From Octopus sinensis (Eukaryota), in contig NC_043008.1 in NCBI RefSeq assembly GCF_006345805.1, positions 59,582,001-59,646,000 of the forward strand: 64,000 nt of DNA, given 5' to 3'. Each line of letters starts with the position of its first letter. Position 1 is the stretch's first letter. The notes beneath the pieces are model-generated. The model searched no databases and was not told the origin of the DNA. It was given only the letters and a program-made list of their open reading frames with translations. The position numbers and the translations under genes are program-made. This document shows, one piece after another, positions 1-12,176 of this stretch.

Positions 1-190
1 CTATTTTTTACGATTTTTTGAATGCTGTGTCGCCATTTTTCGGGAAAATGTTCACTTAAAGAGAATAACAAGCAGAAAAATGTTCACTTAAAGAGAATAA
101 CAAGCTACATAATGCAAAGTTTTTACCTTTCAAAAATTCCAGTTCTAAAGAGTCGAAACAAACCCGAGCAACGCCGGGCGATACTGCTAG
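1..190 (+). mobile_element. Helitron-like 3' end
   Basis: GC-rich hairpin CCCGaGCaacGCCGGG (163-178) lies 8 nt before terminal CTAG (187-190), which is followed by T. An internal ~32-bp unit occurs twice (about 45-105). Confidence 0.65.
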
Positions 191-302
191 TTGCATATAT
201 ATGTATATATTTATATATATATATAATTCAACTTACGTTGGAAGTCAACAAAGTTTGCTTTAGAAGCGTTGAGATGTTTTGAAAGATACACATAAAGACA
301 TA

Positions 303-436
303 ATTTTATTCTCAAACGCAGGATAATGCTAATAATATCGCATGAACAGGATAAGCTATCCGTATTCTGCAAAATATGGATAGATTATCCTGTTCATGCT
401 GTATTATTAGCATTATCCTGCGTTTGAGAATAAAAT
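303..436. repeat. Fold-back palindrome, 64-bp arms with a 6-nt loop (MITE-like)
   Basis: 303-366 is the reverse complement of 373-436 with 4 differences. Confidence 0.9.
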
Positions 437-585
437 AATTTCCTTATCTATATATGTGTGTGTGTGTGTGTGTGTATAAAACGGAGTAAGCACATAAATG
501 TGAAACAAGGTGGAAAAAAGGAGTACTCAAATACCAGAGGTAGAGTAATATGCTTTATTTAAAAGCAGTAGAAATATAACAAAAG

Positions 586-623
586 CTGTTACTCAGAGTT
601 TCACGTTCCCGTTCGTCGGACAG
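586..623 (-). ncRNA. Minimal type-I hammerhead ribozyme-like motif H1
   Basis: Minus strand: CTGT-CCGACGA-ACG(GGAA)CGT-GAAA-CTC(T)GAG-TA-ACAG. All three stems form; core U4 is C. Confidence 0.65.
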
Positions 624-735
624 TTTTGTTAAAATCTGTATGTATATATATGTGTATATATATATATATTGATTCGCTAGCTCCTGCACGCATTTTTTTC
701 TCTCCTTGTTTCTCTCCGTGTTTCTTTTCTGTGTA

Positions 736-773
736 TCTTTCTGTTGAAGAGCGTAGGCTCGAAACGTAAAAGA
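736..773 (+). ncRNA. Minimal type-I hammerhead ribozyme-like motif H2
   Basis: TCTTT-CTGTTGA-A-GAGC(GTAG)GCTC-GAAACGTA-AAAGA: 5-bp stem I, 4-bp stem II and a palindromic ACGT stem III; core A6 is U. Confidence 0.6.
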
Positions 774-868
774 CTTGTTTTATTTATATTCCTGAGCGCT
801 ATACTAATACAATTGTTTGTTTGTATTCAACCTGCCTTCGTCTTTTGTTTATTTTCATAAAGCTTCCC

Positions 869-935
<67 letters not shown>

Positions 936-936
<1 letters not shown>

Positions 937-1600
937 TAGCTGAATTAATTACCAGGTAATATCCGGGAAAGCGGGGGTGTTATTTCCAGTCCCCCCGTTC
1001 CCGTTACTCTGTTTCATATCCTTATCCCGTTCCCTGTTCATTTCCTCTTTAGATTACAAATAGATTTACAAATACTGGCAAGTAATACAGTTGAATCATA
1101 AAATTGATTGATTGTAATGGTAAGGTAATATCAGAGTTGAATTGATGGATAGTTGAAAGGATGGGAGGATTGACAATATGCGACTATGAAACAATTCAGT
1201 GATGATTGGTTATTATCGATTTTGAGGGTCTTCTCTGTTGCTGTTACATTGTGAAATTTTAAAATTACGTCAAAATTTTCAAATTTGGTATATTGAAATA
1301 ATTTTCCACGTTAAATCCGATTTTGTTATTTATTTGTTCCAGAAAAATTGCAATAAAATGTTACTGGGGTTTAAAGTTTAATCAGTTTTACCTAATCAGA
1401 AAATAGGATTTGGAAGCTGGCATTTTCTGCATGATAGCTGTCTATCACAAAATGAAAGCAAAATCATTACGAGGAGGAATTTTTATTAAACAAACGAAAG
1501 CAAAGCATTACGACGACCAAAGTTGTAAGAACTTTTGAGGTTTTAATAATTTTTAATGGGTAAAGTCATGTGAAACGGTCGAACAAACATGTAAATAATT
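936..1600 (-). mobile_element. Possible Helitron-like element, 3' end at 936
   Basis: CTAG at 936-939 sits next to a short palindrome (attaccaggtaat) and a GC-rich patch, abutting a (CA)n tract. The far boundary is uncertain. Confidence 0.35.
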
Positions 1601-1740
1601 CAAAAAGGGAAAAGATTGTCAAAGAATTTTTTTTTTTTTTTTTGCGTAAGATTGCACAAATCTGTCCTGATCAAGAGGCCTATCTGTTGGGGAGGGCAGA
1701 GTCTGACATGGATAGACAAAAATTTATATAAGACATTCTT

Positions 1741-1945
1741 ATTTCTTTACTGCCCACAAGGGACTAAACACAGAGGGGACAAACAAGGACAGACAAACGA
1801 ATTAAGTCGATTATATCGACCCCAGTGCGTAACTGGTACTTATTTTATCGACCCCGGAAGGATGAAAGGCAAAGTCGACCTCGGCGGAATTTGAACTCAG
1901 AACGTAACGGCAGACAAAACACGTTTCTGCCAGCTCGTCGCCTTA
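1741..1945 (-). mobile_element. tRNA-headed SINE, family 2
   Basis: Shared core gagttcaaattccgccgaggtcgactttgcctttcatcc with a tRNA-like head. Other copies lie near 2876-3000, 4985-5128, 6083-6510 (two in tandem), 20070-24000, 50612-50822 and 53768-53977. Confidence 0.85.
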
Positions 1946-2089
1946 ATATAAGACGTATAAGATATTCTATCGACTTACCCCTCCCCCGAAATTGCTGGCC
2001 TTGTGCAAAAATTTGAAACCATTGTTATTGATTTAATTAGGAATTGATTTACTGCATAATATTCATTTAATCATTTAATTTTTTCTTTA

Positions 2090-2680
2090 TATTTCACTGT
2101 ATTACTCTACTGACCCCACTATCGGATGTTGTAACACCGCTGATCACAATACTTTTCCTCGCATTGTTCTAGCTTTCGAATAAGGCCATCCTGCTGACTT
2201 GGCGGCCAGGCCAACGTTATTCCTGAACGGAACACAAGTCTGCTGCGGGGTTAGTTGAGTGGAATGGAACAATTTGGTATGAAGTGCTTGCTCAAAAAAA
2301 TATTTTTAAAAAAGCATAACGCGCCGCCAGCCCAGGAATCAAAACCGTGGTCTTGCGATCATGTGCGCGACACCCTAACCACTCAGCCACGCGATTTTAC
2401 AACATTGGCACTTACCTAGTTATCATACAATTACGTGTAGAAGGTGCCTGGCCAAGTGGTTAGGGTATTGTTCGAGAGGTCGTGGTTTCAATTCCTGAAC
2501 CAGATGATTCGTAGTGTTGTTGAGCAAAATACTTCATCTTATGTTGCTCTGCGACGATCATTTCGACACTTGAGGTGAGGTACATCTTGCACTTGTTCAG
2601 GCAATATCGATTTGATGGAGGGAAGGAGGGAGCTAATGCACAGTACATACATTTGATTACTATAACTAAATCATTTATTT
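2090..2680. mobile_element. Two divergent tRNA-headed SINE family 4 fragments (2090-2395 minus, 2443-2680 plus)
   Basis: Heads gtggc..agtggttaggg..ttc(g/a)attcc followed by a gtgt..ttgagcaa..cact motif shared with 12788 and 31795. Confidence 0.65.
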
Positions 2681-3299
2681 AGGTTGTTCAGAAATGAATT
2701 TCAGAACCCCCCACCCTCTCTCTCTCTGACTACGAGTGACTACCATCACACTAGTATGTATTTTAGATGCTGATTACATTGCGATTTTATCTACGTTTGT
2801 GTATTTACTTACTGTGGCCTGTTGCTGTGAGGATGTAGGAACGAGATGACCAGATTTTACTTACTTTGAAAGAATCCTTTCTACTATAGGCACAAGGCAA
2901 AGTCGACCTCGGCGGAATTTGAACTCAGAACGTGACGACGGACGAAATGCCGCTAAGCATTTCTCCTGACGTGCTAACGATTCTGCCAGCCTGCCACCTT
3001 ACTTTGAAATAACGAAATTACTTTTTACTCTTATGAATCAAGCTCGTTCTAAGTGTTGGAACCACACAGAAATATTCTGAAACGATTCAGCTGCATCCGG
3101 AATTTCAAAATGTTGTTTCAGATGAGCTTTTGAAGTAGCGAAAGCAGAGTTTCTTTGCTAAAACATAAATCTGTACAATACAGCTCTGTGGGGTTTGGGT
3201 GGAGGGAAGGAGTGATGAATATGTGCGTGAATGTATGCATACTCGTGTTCATGTGCTTTTGTATGTTTGTGTGCATATGTGTGTATATAACAGAGACAC

Positions 3300-3410
3300 G
3301 TTAGATAACCGAGATGCGTTGTATAACCGAGATTCATTATATTACTGAGATACATTGTACAACCGAAATGTATTACATAACTGATATGTGTGTATACAAC
3401 CGGAGATATA
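3300..3410. repeat. Degenerate ~18-bp minisatellite (tataaccgagat core)
   Basis: About six imperfect units are visible just upstream of the transposase remnant. Confidence 0.6.
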
Positions 3411-3429
3411 TATGTGAGCGCGTGTGTCT

Positions 3430-4160
3430 ATAACCACGGCGCACCAGGAATCTCTATCCCATATTAGTATTCAGTCACCTCCTAACAGCCAATGCCAAAG
3501 CAGTCAGACCCAAGAGATACTCAAAGCTTCTGCCATTCCTCAAGCATTAAGGTACAGGAAAAACTTTCGAGATTGTGGACGAGAAGTTCACTGTGGATGC
3601 TGAGGTGAATCGCAGAAATTCTCGAGGGATTGCATATAACCCTTCTGACGTTGCCCCTGTGTTTGAAACTAAGTATCCTGCTTCTGTGATGGTATTTGGA
3701 GTCGTAGCGAGTGATGGATGTATAATGGATCCACACTTCATTGAGTCTGGCGTGAAGGTTGACACAAAGGAGTATCCAGACATCTTGTAGAACTCTCACT
3801 TACCTTGGATGAAGCATAAGTTTGAGCTTGACAATGTGGTGCTTAAGCAGGGTTCTGCATCATGCCATGGGTGAAAAGCAACACATACCTTCCTTGGTGA
3901 AAAGGTGCAATTTTTTTGTGAGAGCCAAGATCTGGCTCGGTAATAGCCTAGATCTCAACCTTATCGATTACTTTTTATGGGGCGTACTTCAAGCAAGAAC
4001 CTATGCTTCACCACACTCGAGTGTCAACAGTTTGAAGACCTGCATCATGCGTGCGACATGCAAAATCAAAAAGGCTGAGGAGGTGACAAAAATTTCGTTC
4101 TTGTGTGGAGGCAGTGATTTCCCAAAAGGGCAGCCATGTTGAGTGATAAATGTTTTTGTT
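3430..4160 (+). pseudogene. Decayed Tc1/mariner-superfamily (maT/DD37D-like) transposase
   Basis: Motifs DEKFTVD..NRRN, PASVMVFGVVASDG, GVKVDTKEY..IL and NSLDLNLIDYFLWG are spread across frames with stops and frameshifts. TIRs were not found. Confidence 0.8.
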
Positions 4161-5151
4161 GTAATAAATGTTACATTAAAATTATATCTGTCTACTCCCA
4201 TTATTTTAGTATTTATAACCAATTTATCTGCAAGACCCTGTATGCAGGAATAATGAAAATGACTTGTGGAGGGAAATTTTTAGACTTTATTAATGTATTG
4301 TTACATACGTTTCTGCATCTCTCATGTTCATTTGTGAAGACATTTTCACATCCATAAGATATTACTGAATATTATCTATGATATCACTGGTCTGCGAAGA
4401 ACCGGCGTCCCATTCAGTGGGGAGCATATACACCAGATATACAGAGAATCAGGGAATCCGGCCCTATAAGCCTATATAAATAGAGAAAGAGCTGTATCTT
4501 TCTCCTTTATGTCATCAGAAGTATTAAATTCCATATAAAAACAAAGTGTTTTATTATATCTGCCACCAGAAAAAAATCTGGTAATCATGAGTCTTATGAC
4601 CTAGCAAAGTAAGAGAATCATTTTTATATCGACTTCGCCTTATTTGTGTGAATGTGATGCAACATCTCACTAAGTGTTTCGCTATTTGTGGGGACTCTTT
4701 ATTAACTGGCATGCACTTCAGTCGAGATCAGCTTGTACCACTTTGGCTCAATTCTTTCTCAGGTTCGACTCAACTTTTATCACTTAGCACTTCCAATCCA
4801 AACTGTCTTATGTATTTAGAAGCTCAGTGTTCTCTATAGCATCTATTTTCTCATGTATCCAGTTTTTCTCAATTCATTTGTCCTCCACCGTTTCATGAAG
4901 AGCTAATAGGACACAACCTAGAGTAAGACTTGAACTGGCAAAATCTGGTAAAAGATGATTTATGATACTTCATTTAACTCATTACGTTCTGAGTTCAAAT
5001 TCCATTGAGGTCGACTTGGCTTTTTATCCATTGAGGGCCGATAAAAGAAGTACCAGTCAAGTACTGGGGTTGATGCAATTAACTTGCCCCTTCCCTGAAA
5101 ATTGCAGATCGTTTGCCAAAATTAGAAAAATTAGGGGTAGGAGTGGCTATA

Positions 5152-5560
5152 GGCGTAGGAGTGGCTGTGTGGTAAGTAGCTTGCTTACGAACCACATGGC
5201 TCTGGGTTCAGTCCCACTGCGTGACACCTTGGGCAAGTGTATTCTACTTTAGTCACGGGCCGACCAATGCCTTGTGAGTGGATTTGGTAGACGGAAACTG
5301 AAAGAATCCCCTCCGATATGTGTATATATATATGTATGTGTGTGTATATGTTTGTGTGTCTGTGTTTGTCCCTCCCCACCATCGCTTGACAAGCGATGCT
5401 GGTGCGTTTACGTCCCCGTAACTTAGCGGTTCGGCGAAAGAGACCAATGGAATAAGTACTGGGCTTACAAAGAATAAGTCATGGGGTCGATTTGCTCGAC
5501 TAAATGGTGGTTCTCCAGCATAGTCGCAGTCAAATGACTGAAACAAGTAAAAGAGTAAAA
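5152..5560 (+). mobile_element. tRNA-headed SINE, family 1, full length (~400 bp)
   Basis: A-box-like TGGCTGTGTGG, B-box-like GGTTCAGTCCC, an internal (TA/TG)n tract and an aaagagtaaaa tail. Other copies lie at ~41907, 43160, 43468, 49860, 56535, 59319, 60098, 60775, 61745 and 63683. Confidence 0.9.
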
Positions 5561-5715
5561 TATTGCACATACAGTGGAATACACATATCCCATTTCTTTT
5601 TCAGCCTTTATGCATCCACTGCACATTTCACTAATATGCTACATTGCCCTTCGTACATGGGCCTCATACAATCTGTCCTTCAAGTAGAAGAATTCCTTTG
5701 TTGCCATCAGACGTA
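5560..5715 (-). pseudogene. RTE-clade LINE reverse transcriptase fragment
   Basis: Translates LKDRLYEAHVRRAM*HISE, resembling the RTE motif LKGRLY.ACVRSAMLYGSETW. Confidence 0.5.
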
Positions 5716-6519
5716 ATAGCATCCTGAACTTTCTTCTCCTCATTCTTCCTCTGAGTTGTAACTTTCCAGAGCAACATCCCCCACTACCCCACTACCACTT
5801 CTGTTCTGTTTTTTCTTGGTTTGGTTATGCAAGTGAAAGTTTCTGGAAGGAGATGTCCACGTCTTTTGTACTTTTGGTGATGCCCAACAAATTCAATTCA
5901 AGACAGGTAAGCACAACCACATTATCGCATGAGAAGATGGGCTATTAAAGGTTGGTCTGTCCTTCTATTTGTCTTGTCAGCACGGATGGTCCTGCAGGTA
6001 TCTTCATTGGAGGTCATTGCCTGCAACAGTGAGACACTAGGCTTCATGGTCAGTAACATGAACAGTGGTGACCAACGTCGAAGACGGCAAGCCGGCAGAA
6101 ACGTTAGCATGCCGGGCGAAATGCTTAGCGGTATTTCGTCTGCCGTTACGTTCTGAGTTCAAATTCCACCGAGGTCGACTTTTCCTTTCATCCTTTCGGA
6201 GTCGATAAATTACCAGTTACGCACTGGGGCCGATGTAATCGACTTAATCACTTTTTTTCTGTCCTTGTTTGTCCCTCTATACTTAGCTCCTTGTGGGCAA
6301 TAAAGAAATAAGAAACGTTAGCATGCCGGGTGAAATGCTTAGCAGTATTTCGTCCGTCTTTACATTATGAGTTCAAATTCCGCCAAGGTCGATTGTGCCT
6401 TTCATCCTTTTGGCGTTGATAAATTAAGTACCAGTTGCATACTGGAGTCGATCTAATCGACTGGCCCTTTCCCCAAAAATCTCAGGCCTTGTGCCTAGAG
6501 TAGAAAAGAATGTGGAAGA

Positions 6520-6745
6520 AATTTTTTCAGAGAGTTCTTGTAACTCTTCTTTGGTGCTCCTCTATCAAGGTCATCAGAGAAGAGTTCACCATACAGCTTG
6601 ATCTTGGGATGTTGGTGATCCCCCATCCTGGTGATCTGGTGATCTATCCTGCCCAATGTAGCTGTGTCTTCAGCAGAGTTTCTTCAATGATGCTGACCAT
6701 TGCCTGCTCTAGAATGGTCAATGTTAATGACAAGGTCACTGTTAC
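6520..6745 (-). pseudogene. RTE-clade (BovB-like) LINE C-terminal fragment
   Basis: ILEQAMVSIIEETLLKTQLHWAG, a frameshift, then ITRMGDHQHPKIKLYGEL...RGAPKKSYKNSLKK, matching the RTE QLRWAGH..RM.D...PK..LYGEL motif. Confidence 0.7.
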
Positions 6746-6902
6746 AAAATTTTGGTTTCTTTTAAGTTTCCATTTACCAAATCCATTCACAAGGATTTTC
6801 TTACACTCAAGCTATAGTAGGAGAGATTTGGGACCGAACCTGGAACAATGTGGATGGGAATGAAACTTCTCGGCACTCAGCCAGTCACACCTGCAATAAT
6901 TT

Positions 6903-7140
6903 CATCATCATTTAGCGTCCGCTTTCCATGCTAGCATGGGTTGGACGGTTCAACTGGGGTCTGGGGAGCCAGAAGGCTGCACCAGGCCCAGTCTGATCTG
7001 GCAGTGTTTCTACGGCTGGATGCCCTTCCTGACGCCAACCACTCCGTGAGTGTAGTGGGTGCTTTTTACGTGCTACCGGCACAGGTACCAGACGGGGCTG
7101 GGAAAACGGCCACGATCGGATGGTGCTTTTTATGTGCCAC
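6903..7140 (-). mobile_element. RTE 3'-end / RTE-tailed SINE (family 3)
   Basis: (CAT)n tail plus ttccatgctagcatgggttgg...ggatgcccttcctaacgccaacc. Other copies lie at ~13905(+), 35445(+), 36483, 44378, 45210, 46218, 46900, 48137(+), 49545, 51680 and 58450. Confidence 0.85.
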
Positions 7141-7739
7141 CACCTGCGATAATTTAAACCTCAAAAATCAAAAATCAGGGATGGCCAAAACAATCCTTCA
7201 GGAGAAGACTCAAAAGTGACAGACTCAGAAGCAGACAGAGAAGGTGGGAAAAACAACATATGTGAGTGGACAGGCTTAAAGATGAGAGACGCAGTGTGAG
7301 AGGCAGAAGACAGAGATGAGTGAAGGGATGTAGTTGCAGAGTCATCAATAGTGCCCCAATGGTCAGCCAGGTTATGAGATATGTAATGTAATATAATGTA
7401 AAAATCAAATGAAAAGATAAATACACACACACAAGTATATATAGTTATAATTAGCAATTTATTCCTGGTACTACAACCCAGATCAACATGTTTGCTTGTG
7501 GAAGCAGTAAAAGGAAAAAAAAAGGGAAAAGAAAAAAAATCATTTAAAAAAACATGACTGTAATGAAGAAATATATAAACAGACCAACATAGCAGCAGCA
7601 ATTACATTAATAGAGCAAGTGAATTCAAGAACAGAGACAGAATTTAGTAGGGTTAGCATTATTCCAAAATATTGATTACAATAAAAAAAAAAAGAAAATC
7701 AAATTGATTACAATTTAAAACCAACAACTGGGACTAGTA

Positions 7740-8314
7740 AACCTATACATACATACATACATATATATATATACTTACATATGTGTGTGTATATACTTAC
7801 ATATAAAGATATATATATATATATATATATATAATACAATATACTTATATATATATATCTATATATATATATATATAATATAATATATATTATATTATAT
7901 ATATCTAAATATACATACATATATACTTATATTATTATATATATATATATATATATACTATACTACATGTGTACATGTGCATATATGTATATGGGAGTGA
8001 ATGTATGTATTTATGTGTGTGTTGTGTTATACAATCTTTTATTAGATCAAATCATTAGTCTGATAATGATGTACAAGTCTGTGTATTTGTCTGTGTGTCT
8101 GAATATATATACATATACACACACACACACACACACATATATGTAGATATATGTATATATGTGCATATATTATATATAATATATATAGTATATATATATG
8201 TATGTGTATGTATATATTATATCATCATCATCATCATCATCGTTTAACGTCCGTGATGATGATGATGATGATATAATATATATATATATATGTGTGTATA
8301 TATATATATATAAT

Positions 8315-8349
<35 letters not shown>

Positions 8350-8449
8350 GCAATTGTATCTCTATAAATAAGCCCACAATGTAAACTATAACATTATACT
8401 TTAAGAACTTTTTCAACAAAATACACATACCTATATTTAATAACTTATA

Positions 8450-8515
<66 letters not shown>

Positions 8516-8902
8516 TATACACACATATATATACATGTATATATATATAATATATGTATGTATCTATGTATTAAAAATAGTATAGAAGGCAGCAGGGAAT
8601 ATATAAAACTACGTTGGTACAACAGATAGCTCGAATGACCAATCAATACTAAATGCAATCCAAAATTGTTATAATTAAAAGAATTCAGTTGCAGAAGAGG
8701 CTTGGAGGATACAATTGATGGTGCCTGTACTTAATTTCTCTATTTCTTTAAAATGAACATGGCAGATATGTAGACAATACTATTCAAAGTTCGTTTTTGG
8801 AAGCTGAAATTGCTAAATGTTTATGCTAAAACACAATTATCGCTGGTGATTAAATTACACACACACACATACACATATGTGTGTGTGTGTATCAGTGTAA
8901 TT

Positions 8903-8942
<40 letters not shown>

Positions 8943-9051
8943 TATAGTATCTATGTATGCATATACACATACTATTTATATATATTCATATATATATATA
9001 TATACACATACATACATATATATGCACAAATAAACATACATAAAGCCATGG

Positions 9052-9083
<32 letters not shown>

Positions 9084-9153
9084 TATATATATACGTATAT
9101 ATATGATGTATGTATGTATCTATGTATGCATATACACATACTATTTATATATA

Positions 9154-9195
<42 letters not shown>

Positions 9196-9242
9196 CATAC
9201 ATATATATACAGATATGCACAAATAAACATACATAAAGACAT

Positions 9243-9278
<36 letters not shown>

Positions 9279-9518
9279 GTTAATCCAAACATGAAAACAC
9301 AAGGAGAAAACACAACGCGAGGACGTGGAACAAGTATAGTGTTATTGGACGCTCAGGAAAGGAAAGAAAGAAAGAGGATTTAACGTTTCAAGCGGAGCTC
9401 TTCATCAGAAACATAGAAAAAGGAAAAATCCAAGGAAGGGAACACAGACATATATATACATATACATACACACATACATGCCCACACACATTTATACATC
9501 CCTGCATATGCATACCAT

Positions 9519-9569
<51 letters not shown>

Positions 9570-9871
9570 CATGTATGTATGTAAGTATATGTACATATAT
9601 GTATGTACATTATATACACATACATGTCCATACACGCAGATACATGCACACAAACACATACAAAATCATTAATCGAAGTATATATTGTCAGACTAACAAT
9701 TAGCGTTTGAATACTTACTCCGCCACCCACCCTTATCCTTGAGTCCTTTATTCTAAGGAGCCAAACATAGCTTCTTTGACCACCCCATGGAATACATATA
9801 ATACATATATAAATATATAAATATATATATATATATAATTATGTGTGTATGTATATATATATATATGTATT

Positions 9872-9921
<50 letters not shown>

Positions 9922-10119
9922 ATATATATATATAGTATATATATATAATATAATATATATATGTATATATATAATATATATATATATGTAATATATTATA
10001 ATTAATGTAATATTATAGTATATATATATATATGTATACTATATATATTATATAGTATATATGTATAATATATATTATATATATATGTATAATATATATG
10101 TATGTATATATTATATATG

Positions 10120-10150
<31 letters not shown>
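7740..10150. repeat. Cluster of compound (TA)n/(CA)n/(TACA)n microsatellites
   Basis: Direct inspection; explains the [12 protein letters not shown] ORFs. Confidence 0.95.
9378..9412 (-). ncRNA. Minimal type-I hammerhead ribozyme-like motif H3
   Basis: Minus strand: GTTT-CTGATGA-A-GAGC(TCC)GCTT-GAAACGTT-AAAT. Intact CUGAUGA/GAAA core and a palindromic ACGT stem III. Confidence 0.7.
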
Positions 10151-10153
<3 letters not shown>

Positions 10154-11074
10154 GTTACTTTTTTTTTTAAACCATAACTTGTCCAGGAACTTTTTATATC
10201 ACCTCACAAGACACACCACAAACACCACGCGCACACACACACACACATGTACAGGTGTGCGAGTATATGTACAAATATACATGACAGAATCTAATGGTAA
10301 GGTAAGCAATTTAATTAAAATATATAAGACTCAGAATTGCTCTATGATTGGACGCTAAATATTTCTAATGAACAATAACAGAAGTGAACATTATTATTAT
10401 TTTACTATGTCTTATTATTTTACTACGTCTCACCTCACCAATATTAAAATGAAACATGTATACAACATCTACATATCGATGCAGGTATAATTATAATCTA
10501 TGTTTGTGAGTTTATATATATAAATACATATATATATTTTGTATCTTATCTAAATTAACTATAACATAACCATCCTCCCACACCGTCTCAAATAAAGGGA
10601 CATAATAAATATCCTGGAAACAGCTGTAAGACCTTCTATCTATAAATGTTCTAAAATCTACTCAGCCTTGGCTTTAATCTCATTATGAAAAAAATGTTAT
10701 ATATATATGGATGTATATGTATTGGGTTTCTCAAACTGTAATGCACTCTAAATACTGTAAGCCTATAAATTTATGAACTGAATCCAGCTTATCTAAGTAT
10801 TTTCCATAAATTCAATTGAATTTCAAACAGAAGGTCTATTAATTTTGCTATTCAATTCTTTTTTTATTCCTTAAAATTCTAAGTAGATATTACAACTAAA
10901 TAAATGGTTTGTCAATTGCTTAAGCAATAATAATTAGTAGTCTAAATAAATACAAAACTCTTAAAATAGAATTGAGTGTTAATAGCGACTGAAAGTGAGA
11001 TGTTATATCATTATTACATATGTTTGTATATGTGTGTGTGTATGCATACATATAACTATGTACGTGTATATATG

Positions 11075-11121
<47 letters not shown>

Positions 11122-11987
11122 TTTTACTTATTATCTTATATTAAACTTTTTATACTTTTTGATAGTTATATATATTTTTTTTATTTAATTTTAAATTTAA
11201 ATAATTTAAATTTTATATTTTATATATTTTGTATATTATATTAATTATGTTTATTTTTATGTTTTTCCTTCTTTGATTTGCCTAATAGTGGCTTTATCTC
11301 TAATTTAATTTATATTTATACTGTGAAATTGGATTAATCCTAAATCTAATTTTTCCCTGTAAGTTTGGATTTACTCCCTAATATTATTATTATTATTATT
11401 ATTATTATATAATATATATATATATATATATACACACGTGTGTGTGTACATATGGATATGTACACACAAACACACACACACATATATATATATGACCATC
11501 TAATAATGTGAAGATGGAAATAGCAGGTTTAAATGGCAAATTACAACATTTGTTTCTGCACCAGACAGCAGCTTCAAGTAGCTGAGTTTACATTTATATA
11601 TCATTATATAAGCATATTCTTTAGAATAACAATGTAATAAATAGCTATGATTCACCATCAGCTCTGGGTTGGTGCTTCCACAGGTGGAATGTGGTTAAGC
11701 ACCATGGGATTTAATTGAGCTTCTTCAGAAATACATCTATTCAACTGCACCAATCAGTTCAGAAGATTCCAAGCAACACATTAATTGATGGAGAATTGGT
11801 CCAACACATTCTGGAGTTCCACATATTTATCCAGCCTTGGAAAATATCCTGCTTTAAGATGGCAATAACAGTATAGGAGCTTTTAAATTGCATGTTATGA
11901 TGGTATTACCTGGATTATATTATATTATAATATATATGCATATATATATATTTATATATATGCAGTTAACTATATGTCCTGTCATAG

Positions 11988-12099
11988 AGTGATCAATGGT
12001 TTTGCATCCATAACATGCTTCGCTCTATGCACGACCTGCCAGACTCTAATGGCAAAGGCCATATAGATCTTCAAACTGTGGAGGTGGAATTCCGTTATG
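11988..12099 (+). CDS. Candidate internal exon of an unidentified plus-strand gene
   Basis: tcatag|AGT...TATG|GTAAGT with a consensus donor; one open frame, SDQWFCIHNMLRSMHDLPDSNGKGHIDLQTVEVEFRY; GC is higher than the flanks; no homology recognised. Confidence 0.3.
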
Positions 12100-12143
12100 G
12101 TAAGTTAGCTTACTAAACAAAGAATAAACAATCCAGGTCATAC

Positions 12144-12176
<33 letters not shown>

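Noticed and set aside
11640-11875. GC-richer segment with a near-open frame containing SNTLIDGELV (like capping-enzyme/ligase motif III)
   Set aside because: It has an in-frame stop, no convincing splice pair and no other nucleotidyltransferase motifs nearby; unresolved and not called.
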